A stretch of 64,000 bases of DNA, taken from contig OX337230.1 of the NCBI GenBank assembly GCA_946965045.2, positions 1,984,001 through 2,048,000 of the forward strand. The letters run 5' to 3'. Under the pieces are notes generated by a model. That model ran no database searches and had not been told where the DNA came from. It saw only the letters and a program-made list of their open reading frames with translations. The DNA comes from Epithemia pelagica (lineage: Eukaryota; Protista; Bacillariophyta). This document shows, piece by piece, positions 1 to 10,943 of the stretch (positions are counted from its first letter, which is position 1; every line of letters starts with the position of its first letter). Both the position numbers and the translations under genes were made by a program.

Positions 1-939
1 CTTGCCCTTGTTTGTCTTGCTTTCGTGAACAAAGGATCCACTGGAAGTTCTCATTTCTCCCGCCAATTGACAAGCATGAACAATCCACCAAATCAATTCA
101 TGGACCGACAAGGCTTGCAACATTCCCGAAAGTTGAGGGGTTGGAGAGTTATTGTCGTTATTGTTGTTGCCGTCCGTTGGGGTCACGGCAATGGCATTCA
201 ATCGAGTAGCAATGTTGTTGACTCGATCTTGAATCCATTGGAATTCCATTGCACCGTATTGTTCCTTGAGTTTTGTTAAGGATTCCTCCACTTGTCCCAA
301 TTCAAGTTCGGTCTGTGCCGCCTCCTCTAATTTTTCCGCTCGTAACTGAGCAAAGTCAGTCACCGCCTTTTGCCGCAACTGAGATCCTTTGGTAAATTTG
401 GTTTGCAATTGTTGTCGCAATCGTCGTTCCTCGGCTAAAATGGTTTCACAATTGTCAGCACAGGTCCCCACCGTTTCATCGGCTCCCTCACAACAATCAC
501 AAACGCCATCGTGAAGCCGACTCATGGGAAGCTTTAGTTTGGGTTGCTGAGGACAAGTAAACACTACAGGACTGCACGAATATATACCGGAACGATGAAA
601 TGTTTCCCAAACATGAACCAGAGACGACTCTCTCGTCAGAAGAATTGAGCCACAACCACTCTCACAATCGGCATCGTAACACACGAACCTTTTGGGACCT
701 TGGCTTTGAAACCCATTCCAATTCAAACTTCCGGAACAGGCGGGTGTATTGGGTTCATCGGCACCTGTCAAGGGACAATCGCAATACCCATCATTGATGT
801 TCTCCACTGGAATGACTTTGGATCCAGAATGATGCCAGTAGCTGTCGGGACATTCCACTTGGCCATGAACCCTATCAACATTGGTGGCCAATGCAAGAAG
901 CACGACAACAATCTGCCACCCACCGACATCAACCTTCAT
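1..939 (-). CDS. Glucosidase II beta subunit (PRKCSH-like), 5' part; runs off the window start
   Basis: My minus-strand translation from ATG 939 gives MKVDVGGWQIVVVLLALATNVDRVHG (signal peptide), then INDGYCDCPLTGADEPNTPACS and FTCPQQPKLKLPMSRLHDGVCDCCEGADE...CADNC, followed by coiled-coil-like sequence. These are the Cys-rich motifs of PRKCSH. It is absent from the ORF track because no stop was seen in the window. A possible in-frame intron lies around 575-690. Confidence 0.85.
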   Translation of the reverse strand, partial: MKVDVGGWQIVVVLLALATNVDRVHGQVECPDSYWHHSGSKVIPVENINDGYCDCPLTGADEPNTPACSGSLNWNGFQSQGPKRFVCYDADCESGCGSILLTRESSLVHVWETFHRSGIYSCSPVVFTCPQQPKLKLPMSRLHDGVCDCCEGADETVGTCADNCETILAEERRLRQQLQTKFTKGSQLRQKAVTDFAQLRAEKLEEAAQTELELGQVEESLTKLKEQYGAMEFQWIQDRVNNIATRLNAIAVTPTDGNNNNDNNSPTPQLSGMLQALSVHELIWWIVHACQLAGEMRTSSGSFVHESKTNKGK

Positions 940-1499
940 GGTCCTCCTAATGGCTTGACGGTAGTCTTCCTTTTGTGGGTCTATAAAGTTGTTGTGTGTC
1001 CTCGTGTTCCGGGTGCACCTTTTTTGGTCACGAGCAATGAGAAAGTCACACACAAAAAAGGAAGGCAACTCGCTTGGAGGGTTGGTGGTGTCCTCCACCA
1101 CGAGGCGACGAAGATCGACGAATCCGGGACAGGATTGGATCAATGATACAACGTCATGAAGTAAGGACAACGAACCATTTTCGTGCCGAACACCACGTCA
1201 CAAATCACGGAGCATACATCACTCGATTTCCTGTTTTGCCTTTCTGCTCCCTCTTCTCTCCAAAGCCAAAGAAGCCAGTTTGGATTGTTGACTGCCCTCT
1301 TGAATTTCAATCCGAGAGAAAAGACGCACTATAATTCTTCTCCTTCTCTCCCTTCAAATTGGCCACTGTCGTCGCACACAAAAATCTTGTCAAGTTGAAA
1401 ACGAGAGATATTTTCGTTCCTCGCACATCTACCTAGCTTGTCGATAGGCAATGTGTGGCAAAGCTGTATAGGACAACAAACCCACGACGACGATAGACT

Positions 1500-4006
1500 A
1501 TGATGTTGCTCTTCTTGCGGTGTCAATGGTGGATGGTCCCCCTCGTGCTGTTGCTGTTGTTCTCGGCACAAGTAAGGTCCTTGTTGCAATCTTCATCACC
1601 GACAATTAGGACGACCAAATCATGGAATACGGCAATACCCCAATGGAACGTTTCGCCACAAGAGGGAGCGACGCGGTTATTCATGACTGATTTTTCCAAA
1701 GAATGTGAGAGAGCCATTGTCTCGTTGTTCTATTGTTGTCGGATACCTCTCTCTGACCCATCTTGTCACTCTTTTTGTTTGGTCGTTTGTTTTGGCTGCA
1801 CAATCCTCTAGCTTTATCGACTACAGCCACATCGGAACCGACGGCTCCATCCAGTGGTAGTACAGTGGTAATATCAACCATTCCAATGGACAACAACAAC
1901 AAGAACAACAACAACAAGAATGGCAAGAGTGCGCAGCAACAGCTTCAACGACGAGCTCGGAGCAACAACAACAACAGACGACGACGGAAATATTCCCGAG
2001 ATCGACCACCGACTGTAGATTCAGCGCTGTTGCGATTTGTGGGACGACAAAAGGAAAGTTTGGGAGGAGCAAACGTCGATCCAGTGGCGGGGTTGGAGGA
2101 ACAAGACCAACCACCCACAACACTGTCCACGCAACAACAACAACAACAAGAGCAAAAGAACGTGGATCGTTCCAGTTATGCGACAACGAGTTTAGACACA
2201 ACAACACCTTCCGTGGGGACCGACGCGGCGGTGAATGGAGGTTTTGTCGAAGATAAGGACAAGACGGATGTTAGAAGCACCCCGAATGAGAAAACGGACG
2301 AGGAAATCAACAGCAGTGAACCAACCGTGACGTCTACTTGGTGGGGGCAATACAACACACATCGCGTCGAAACAGTCCTCCTCTCGAGAGATGAGACTCT
2401 GGATCGTGTGGCAGTCCATAAAGCGGGCGTTCGAGTGCAAGCCCAAGTCTTGGCCCGCACGGTACGACGGAGGATACGAACCTTTCTCAAAGAGCGCGAT
2501 CAAACATGGCAGGCATCGAGCGTCACCATTGGAGCGGTGGGAGACATGATGTCCCCCGGATCTATGGGAACCGGTCACAGCTTGGAAGACTCGGTGGACG
2601 TGATGATGGACCATGGTTTGACCGCCAAAGATGTCACAGATATCTTGCAGCATTCTCCTGGTATTGTGTTGATGCGACCGCGTGGCAGTGCCAACGAAGG
2701 CGAATGTTTGGACGATACCTTACGTCGGGTCTTTTCCTTGCTATGTGAAACACTCTCACTCCGAACATATGATGCCCGCAAAATTATACGTGCGTCTCCT
2801 AGTTTGCTCACCATGCGTGGATCCAAGTCGGCCGAATCAGTCGTTGATCTTTTATCGCAACTGGGAATCTCGCACAATGCCGTTGCGCGAGACAAGGCAT
2901 CGCTTACTGACTTTTTGATGCGTTCGCCGGCTTCCATCTTTCGATTGGTGGCGTTCTTGTCTGGCGATGCAATTCGGATGCCCGTTTCCAAAATTGGACC
3001 ACTGCTCCGACGCAGACTCTCACGGGAGCTGTTAGATGCCGTGGCACCAGTACCACAACAACTCAGCGGAACCAACGAGGTCACTTCAACTCTGAGCAGC
3101 AACTCAACCGATGATTCCGCCTCATACGTGGTAGAGGATCATGAATTGGACCCATGGATTGCATCGGCTCTATGGGGAAGGCAAAGTCAAATTCGTCGCG
3201 ATCGTATCGATGACATTTATCGGAGAATGACGAAAACGGCTCTGACGTTACGAAATGAGGTTGGTACGGCGGATCTCAGCAAGGTTGTTGCAGCCTACCC
3301 ATCTGTTCTGCTTCTGGACGCACAAAACCAAATTTTACCAAATGCTGCATATATCATGGATAGTCTGGGCATTTGCAAGGGAGACCTATCACGTGTATTG
3401 CAGCTTTACCCGGCCTTGCTTGGATTACCAATTGAGCGAATGGAAGCGATGGCGACGGCGTTGCAATCCCTGGGTATTTCGTCCTCGGAACTTACCTCCA
3501 TATTTCGATCCTTTCCCGCCTTGCTTACGTTGGATGTCAAGGAGAATGTGATTCCAGTTGTACGATTCTTGCGTGCAATTGGAGTCATTGATGTTGGTCG
3601 GTTCCTTACAAGAATACCGCCAATCCTGGGATACTCAGTAGAAACGGAACTCATACCAAAATGGAGACTCTTGCAGTCGTTTTCATCGGATCCTCGATTC
3701 GAAGTTACTAAATTCCCGGCATACTTCTCATATCCCATGGAGCGTGTCATCAAGGCCCGGTACGAATACATAAGAGACGTCAAAAAGTTCCCAACACAGC
3801 TGATTAGTGTGGAAAAGGTCGTCTCGTATGGTGACCACGACTTTGCTGTGCATATTTTGAAGGAAGAGGATGAAGGGCAGGCATTTGAGCGATTTCAGGA
3901 ACAGCGCCGGCAAGAACGGCATCCGAAAAAGAAAGCAAAAAGAAGGAATACGAAGAACCCCAAACCCAAGACGCAGCAGGTAAATCAAGGTCCAGCGCAA
4001 TCATGA
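1500..4006 (+). CDS. mTERF-family protein with N-terminal signal/transit presequence
   Basis: Exon 1 1500-1704 (MMLLFLRCQWWMVPLVLLLLFSAQVRS|LL). Intron GT 1705..AG 1811 joins in frame to ORF 1763..4006. mTERF-like repeats (YPSVLLLD, YPALLGL, FPALLTLDV, IPPILGYSV, FPAYFSYPMERVIKARY). Confidence 0.85.
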
Positions 4007-4527
4007 ACAGTTTTCGGAGACAAAGCATGCCTAGATCCATCAAGTTGGAATGTACGTCTTTGCTTTCACGTATGGGAGCTTGACGATGCCCGCTACCAGC
4101 CCAACTCTCTTGAGTTCTCCTTAATGGAACATTTCAGACCGTGCGGTTGTTGCTTTCGGGACAAGGGTAAGTACATTTAGCTATCCATGTACGTGCCTCT
4201 GTTAAAAGTAGAGCATAGATTTGCTACTTCCTACCATATGTACAACAGTGGATTGTTATTATTAGTATACTGCGTGGGTGAACAAATCCGTGAAGATCTA
4301 TCGAGGAGAGTTGGACTCCATGGTGGATTGATGACAAGCTCAAGGACGTAGCCAGTAGCCAGCCTAGCCCAGATCGACGATGCGTGACCCACGCGGGACA
4401 CGAGAAAAGTGACGTGGGATTCTTTCTGATGTCTCTCGCGGATAGTACAGAGGGCCACGTACGACGCTGATTCTCCGGCCGTACGAAAAAAAACAGCGCT
4501 CTGGTCAGATCATATACCTTTTTCACC

Positions 4528-5354
4528 ATGAAGTTCGCCTCGTTGATTGTCGCATTTGTAGCCGCTAGTACGGTTTCGGCCTACTCGATCCCTAGCAGAT
4601 CGTCTCTCCGCCAACTGGGGCAAAAGTCGGTGAAGGCAACTCCTTCTCACCAACGACCTGCCTCCATTAGCTCCTCTCTTAAGATGGAAGGTAAGGCCAC
4701 TCACACTCCTGTGTAATGACAAATGTGCCAGACCTGTGCTTATGAGTTGCTTCAGATTTTGGTTTGTTCAGAGGTACGAAATTCAGTTTTGACGAAGAAT
4801 GGGAAGGTGAGGTCGTTATCTCCGAGGCCGCTTTGGAGAAGCGTTTGAACAAGGATGGCCTCCGTTACAAGATGAACCGCACGGAAAAGGAGGCTGCCGA
4901 GGTTGGTCCAATGTACGACTTGCCTGGATTTACGGTCAATCTGCCTTTGATCGGTGAAACTTACCTTGGCCCACCAAAGGTTGCCGACATCTGGGAAGCA
5001 CTTGGCTTCACTGCCACTTCGAACAACGAAGCCCGTCAGGCAGAAAAGATGAAGGCCATTGAAAAGGCTCGTCAATCCACCAAGGGAGTATTGAACGGCC
5101 CTGGAAAGGAAATCCGTGCTGAATGGTTGGAAAAGTACGGATACCCCCGTCTTGTAGGAAGTGGTGGTATTTTCTATGCCGACCAACTGTCTACTGATAA
5201 GGAACCTATGGGCGGCTTCAACATGGGCAAGTCTGGAACCATCTGGCCTGTCCCATCCGTCGTTGAATCTGGAACCTATGGAGGAGCTAAGGGATGGGGA
5301 ATGAAGAAGAAGGGCACCGCAGTCGACGGTTTGCCAGCTGCCAAGAAGCCGTAA
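4528..5354 (+). CDS. Uncharacterised plastid-targeted protein, 2 exons
   Basis: MKFASLIVAFVAASTVSA|YSIP is an ASAF-type presequence. Intron GTAAG 4691..CAG 4755 joins KME|DFGLFRGTK in frame with ORF 4764..5354. Confidence 0.8.
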
Positions 5355-5845
5355 ATCTTTCCCTATCAACATATAGAGCTATCCGTATGTGTCCTGTTAT
5401 TATGGTTGCAGCACCATCCTTAGACGTAGTCAAAATCATTTGTAGTTCCGAAACATGGAGGAGGTTTCAACTATCGAAGTGATACATTGTAGACATGTAA
5501 ATTATGGTCTTCTTACTGGCTTTGGACTCTTCTCAAGAAATCCCATGAGGATGAAGTACGAGTAGGTAGACTACCTAGGTAGTAGAGGTAGCGTTTCGAA
5601 TCTTGTTTCCGATTCGGGAACGGGACTCAACTACGGCTACTTGTGCTCGGTTGAAGCAGGATCTGCTTCTTCGAACACACGTCAGTCACAACCACCTGCT
5701 TTGGAGGACATCGTTTGGCTACGTCGCCACTATGACTTTCGGCAGTCCCGAAATCTGGGGAGTTTGCTTGTGTTCGTTGGTGTCAAAATTTTGATGCCCG
5801 GGGTCTTCCAAGAAGATACCCGGACGAGAAGTCTGATCCAACAGT

Positions 5846-7523
5846 ATGGGATACATTTCCCTAATCGAAGGGCGCCATCGTCGGACGAAAATGGTTTTCT
5901 CCATGCTTTCCGCTGCGTGGGTAGGGGCACTTCTTTTCTCAAGGGGAACATTCTCCTTCACAGCCTCGGCTGCCAAGTCGCCTGTAAATGCCGTTTTTGG
6001 CAGCGCAGCAATGGCAACGAGGGCACAAGTTCCGCTTGAGACAGATTCGTCGGGAGATACCTCCCTTGACAATCGAACAATATTCAATGCGGGAGAGGTT
6101 ATTTTGGATCCGGCTACCCATCGAAAGCCCATGAAAGTTCTGTTCTTGTCAGCGGATACTGGAGGTGGTCACCGTGCTTCGGCAGAATCTTTGGGCAAGC
6201 AGTTTCTTCTTCATTACCCTGGAAGCAGCTACGAACTTCTCGACATCTGGACCGACAAACGAATTGCTTGGCCCTACCGCCAGATAGTTAGTGCCTACCA
6301 GCACCTCTCGGCCCATCCGCGACAATGGAAGTTTCTATTTCATCTCTCAAACAGTATGCCTTACAGTTTTTTCATGACAAGACACGCGTGCCTTTTGTCG
6401 GAGAAGTTGATTCGGAAAAAGATTGAAGATCATGACCCTGATGTTATTGTATCCGTGCATCCTGCTATGCAGTTGATTCCCCATATCTCCTCGCGCAAAC
6501 TCTCAAAGCAGAAAGGGAAGCACATTCCGTTCTTTACAGTTGTCACCGATCTTGCGTCTGGTCATGCGACATGGTTCATCAGGGACATGGAAAAAATGTA
6601 CCTTGCCTCGGACAGTCTCTTCCGTAAAGCGAGACGTAGAGGAAGGACACCAAAAGACAAGATTGTGATGTCTGGTCTTCCAATTCGTCATGATTTTGCA
6701 GTCGAAGCTACTGCATTGGGAGACAGAAACAGTGCGGAAGGAATCATTTATCAAATGTCGAAAAAGACAGAACTTGGAATTGATCCCAACAAGCCCATGA
6801 TTCTGATGATGGGAGGAGGTGAAGGTGCGCTACCACATTGGACAATCTCACGGTTTGCGTTCCTCGACTAACATATTTCGCCTTTCTGCAGGTGTCGGTT
6901 CGTTGGCAAAGATTTCGGAAGAGTTGTACACCTCTCTGACCAAAAACGGTATCGATGCGACCATCTGTGTTGTTTGTGGGCGTAACGAAAAATTGAAGAC
7001 CGAATTGGCGGAAAAGGACTGGGACGCAGTTGTCAAAGGAGAGCACAAAAAGAAAAGAAGAGGATTGTTCCGTCGTTTCCGTCGCAGAGCCCGGGCAGTG
7101 GACAATGAAAGAGAAAACGATGATTCGACTGTGAAAGCAGGTAATGTCGACGTCGTGGGGCTTGGTTTTGTTACTCGAATGGCTGAGTACATGGTAGCAT
7201 CAGACGTCTTGGTGACTAAAGCTGGTCCAGGAACCATTGCAGAAGCAGCATCGGTGGGGCTCCCGGTGATGCTTACCAGTTTCATCCCTGGCCAAGAAGC
7301 GGGAAATGTAGATTATGTGCTGGAGAATGGATTTGGAGACTTTTCGAAGAATCCTGTTGAAATCGGAGAAGAGGTATCAAGTTGGTTGATGGATAGTGAT
7401 CGCATGAAGCAAATGAGTGCCAATGCACGAACAGTGGGTTATCCAAATGCTGCTGCAGAAATCGTCCTCGATATCGGGTCACAAACGCAGACCTGGATGG
7501 CATTGAACGAACAGTCCTCCTAA
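5846..7523 (+). CDS. MGD: Monogalactosyldiacylglycerol synthase (GT28), copy 1, with presequence
   Basis: Motifs VLFLSADTGGGHRASAESL, IVSVHP, FFTVVTDL, GLPIR, MGGGEG|VG, VVCGRN, GFVTRMAEYMVASDVLVTKAGPGTIAEA, GQEAGNV. Intron 6825-6891 with CTAAC branch point. Signal-like MVFSMLSAAWVGALLFSRGTFS|FTA. Confidence 0.93.
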
Positions 7524-7818
7524 ATGCGTATCACTTGAACATGTGTTATTGACTTCGGCGTGATAAAATGTTATCTTTATATATTTGCCTAAAAGAAGGA
7601 CCTCCCTAAGTTGTTACTATGTAAATGGATTAGACTCTCTCATAAAAGAGCAAGTTTGATAATCGTCGCTTATCTACCCAGAGGCTCTCTACTAGAGAGA
7701 GAGATCCTCTAGCTACCCTCTCTACTAGAGAGAGACTGCCTCTAGGTAGAGTAGCTACCCAGGCACAACGCTGCGTCCCTGCCCTCGCCACTCATCTCCC
7801 AATGCAAAGAGGAAGACC

Positions 7819-9057
7819 ATGGGATCAAGCGGCTTGTTACCCCAGACAAGAAAATGGTGGTCCGGAAAGCTGATGCTCCGTGGTCTGGTAGTGATACTTC
7901 TTTTTGTAGATGTTCGCCGAACGAAAGCAACAGGACGTCTGGATTTGACGCCATCCGAGATTTCAAGAAGAATCGGCATCTTCGCTCGAGGGTCAACAGA
8001 CGTTAGACAAAAGATTTCACAAGGACAAAGAAGAGAGAACCGTGGGGAATGCTTGGGACCCAATGATGATATATCTCAATTACTTTGCTCTAGCACTAAA
8101 TTTGTGGGTGGGGCACAACCCAATTCACCATCAAGACTTTTCCCGAACAGAACGTCAACTTCTGCTTTGCTAGATGGGTTACGATCGGCCGCAGCGTCAG
8201 GGATGGCCGCAGCATGTTCGAAAGCATTGTTACAACCTCTGGATGCTATTAAAACACTCCAACAATTCCAGAAAACAGTAAAGGTTGAACAACGTGCGCT
8301 TTCAACTTTGGAAGCAGCTCAAGTACTAATTAAGCGTCCCGGTGGTATTGCCAACTTTTATGCTGGGTTGGGCGTGTCGGTGATTGGATCTATGCCAGGT
8401 GTGGCCTTGTACTTTGGTCTGTATCAATTTTTCAAGCAAAAATTGACCCAAACTAGATGGGGCGCCGATCACAAGACAGTCTCTATTGCCTTGTCAGCAG
8501 CATTTGGAAACACCATTGCTTCTGCCACCAGAACACCGTACGAAGTTCTGAAACAAAAGCTTCAAATGGGAACTTATTCCTCATTTGGCGTTGCGGCAAG
8601 AGCAGTTCTTGCTAATCCGATGGAGTCGTTGTTTCCAAAGGGAGGAGTGCTAATACAGATTGTTCGCGACGTCCCATATGCGGTTGTCACTCTTTTAGTA
8701 TACGAATCCCTACAAGAAGCCCTTCGGTCACGGAATCTTTCGGACGAAAGAAAGAAGCAATGGGATTTCGTCATTGGCGGAATAGCGGGTGGAGTGGGTA
8801 GTTGGGTCACCAATCCCATGGATGTGCTCAAAACGAGGTTACAAACTGACTCGGCCAATGTTTATGGTGGGTCTCTGTTCAAATGCGCTGGAATGGTGTG
8901 GGAGGAAGGCGGTGTACAGGCCTACCTTCGAGGCTCTGTCCCACGTCTTTTGCACAAAGTACCGGCGAATTGCTTTTTCTTCTTATTCTACGAAATGTTT
9001 CGACGAGTGTTGCACGCCCCTGTTCAACGGAAAAAAGATTCTAAAGAGCAGCGATAG
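7819..9057 (+). CDS. Mitochondrial carrier family (SLC25) protein, SAM-carrier-like, with N-terminal extension
   Basis: Three carrier repeats with Px[DE]xxK motifs: PLDAIKT, PYEVLKQ, PMDVLKT. Confidence 0.9.
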   Translation: MGSSGLLPQTRKWWSGKLMLRGLVVILLFVDVRRTKATGRLDLTPSEISRRIGIFARGSTDVRQKISQGQRRENRGECLGPNDDISQLLCSSTKFVGGAQPNSPSRLFPNRTSTSALLDGLRSAAASGMAAACSKALLQPLDAIKTLQQFQKTVKVEQRALSTLEAAQVLIKRPGGIANFYAGLGVSVIGSMPGVALYFGLYQFFKQKLTQTRWGADHKTVSIALSAAFGNTIASATRTPYEVLKQKLQMGTYSSFGVAARAVLANPMESLFPKGGVLIQIVRDVPYAVVTLLVYESLQEALRSRNLSDERKKQWDFVIGGIAGGVGSWVTNPMDVLKTRLQTDSANVYGGSLFKCAGMVWEEGGVQAYLRGSVPRLLHKVPANCFFFLFYEMFRRVLHAPVQRKKDSKEQR

Positions 9058-9521
9058 GGATCGGAACCTAGGTTTCCATTTTCACCACACAAGTTTTCGT
9101 CTCATAGCAGTAGTTGGTGTGCTTCTTTCTTGCATCAGATGTAAGGAATCATGATGCTACGCCTACTCCTACAAGACTGTAAGACCTTCGGACTTCGGAC
9201 TCGGACATAGTAAAGGTAGATATCGCGGCCTCCGTCTGTCTGTCGGCACGCCGCACGTTTGACCACCATCCCAAATCCCAACCAAAAGCCGAACACAAAA
9301 ACTGCGACAACGAAGAAGAACCACAAAATCAATCTCCCTGACAGAACATTAGACGCTTGAGGAGACCATCGCTAACCTTGAGAGGCACTGTCCTTTTAAT
9401 GCTACCTCTGACAGTTAACCCCGGAACCGTCGGACTCTGTTTGAAACAAAAGTGCTGTCAAAGGTTTGAGACGCAAAACACATCATCTTGAGTTGCCAGT
9501 AGTACCGCAACGAATTGTGCA

Positions 9522-10742
9522 TTGATGGCCAATCTTTTGCTCGGTCGCGCTTGGTGGATACTTTTTTGGCTGTCTCAACAGCATCATCATGTGTCCGCCG
9601 TATTTCCTGCAATGCACTGGGACAATCAAAGAATACATGCGTCAAAAGCACTAGAGGCCTTGGCTTACCGAGGTGGCGGAGAATCTACTGGAGATGTTGT
9701 CCAATCCGCCAGAATTCTACCAACGGCCTCGAAATCCAGAGATGACATGGAAGCAGTCTGTCGACGAGACGACAGTGGATCGAGATTCTCTCTTTTTCCA
9801 ATCGAATACAGTGATCTGTGGTCTTTGTACAAACAGCATGTTGCCTCATTTTGGACTGCCGATGAGATTGATTTGTCGGCCGATTTGACGGATTGGCACG
9901 AAAAATTGACCGACTCGGAGCGTCATTTTATATCCATGGTACTGGCCTTTTTTGCTGGCGCCGACGGGATTGTGATGGAAAACCTGGCCGAACGTTTCTG
10001 CCGCGAAATAACTGTTCCCGAAGCACGCTGCTTTTACAGTTTTCAAATGGCGATGGAAAGTATTCATCAAGAAACATATTGTTTGCTCATTGATACGTTC
10101 ATCTCGGATTCAAAAGATCGAGAGGTTTTATTTTCGGCTCACCAACACATTCCAAGCGTGAAACGGAAGGCGCAATGGGCCCAAAGGTACATTGGGTCTG
10201 CGGCTTCTATTGGAGAGCGGATAGTCGCATTTGCAGCTGTGGAAGGCATATTCTTCTCGGGATCCTTTTGTGCCATCTTTTGGCTCAAGAAGCGGGGACT
10301 CATGCCGGGTCTCACATTTTCGAATGAACTGATAAGTCGAGATGAAGGGCTCCATTGTTCCTTTGCGTGTCAGTTATACTCTAAACTACAAAGAAAGCCC
10401 AGTGAACGAGAAATACACGATCTAATCCGTGAAGCTGTCGATGTGGAAAAGAGCTTTGTATGTGATGCCTTACCTGTTAGTTTGATTGGAATGAATGCGC
10501 AGCTCATGTCACAATACATTGAATTTGTGGCCGACCGACTGTTGCGTGACTTGGGATGTCGCCCTCTGTTTGGGACCAAGAACCCCTTCGACTGGATGGA
10601 TATGATCAGTTTAGAAGGGAAAACAAACTTTTTTGAGAAACGAGTGGGCGAGTATCAGAAAAGTGGCGTCATGGCGTCTCTCCAACAATCGGAGCAGGCC
10701 AAGAGAGACAAGGCATTCCTAGCAGATTCGATTGACTTCTAA
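9522..10742 (+). CDS. RNR2: Ribonucleotide reductase class Ia small (R2/beta) subunit with N-terminal presequence
   Basis: Motifs [36 protein letters not shown] (Fe ligands plus radical Tyr), [32 protein letters not shown]-terminal ..IDF. Confidence 0.95.
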   Translation: MMANLLLGRAWWILFWLSQQHHHVSAVFPAMHWDNQRIHASKALEALAYRGGGESTGDVVQSARILPTASKSRDDMEAVCRRDDSGSRFSLFPIEYSDLWSLYKQHVASFWTADEIDLSADLTDWHEKLTDSERHFISMVLAFFAGADGIVMENLAERFCREITVPEARCFYSFQMAMESIHQETYCLLIDTFISDSKDREVLFSAHQHIPSVKRKAQWAQRYIGSAASIGERIVAFAAVEGIFFSGSFCAIFWLKKRGLMPGLTFSNELISRDEGLHCSFACQLYSKLQRKPSEREIHDLIREAVDVEKSFVCDALPVSLIGMNAQLMSQYIEFVADRLLRDLGCRPLFGTKNPFDWMDMISLEGKTNFFEKRVGEYQKSGVMASLQQSEQAKRDKAFLADSIDF

Positions 10743-10943
10743 CTAAAACTATTGTAGGGAGAGGTCGACAGTTTTATTCATCAGTTAGAGTTAGATAGGG
10801 TTAGGGTTTCAAATCGCATTGGTTCTGTTCGCGGGAATCCTAACGATTCGATCGCACATATGCGAGTGCCATGTGCCATCATCATCATTGCATGAGAGGA
10901 ATACAATATCGACTTGTCATTCACAAGAAGGCCACTTCGGATC

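Noticed and set aside
1885-2160. CAA/AAC microsatellite-like runs
   Set aside because: They encode poly-N/poly-Q low-complexity tracts inside the mTERF ORF, which is common.
4752-5372. 206-aa antisense ORF
   Set aside because: Shadow of the sense-strand gene; no motifs and no ATG start.
10785-10808. Telomere-like TTAGAG/TAGGGTTAGGG run
   Set aside because: At most two canonical units, too short for an interstitial telomere; at best a telo-box-like motif.
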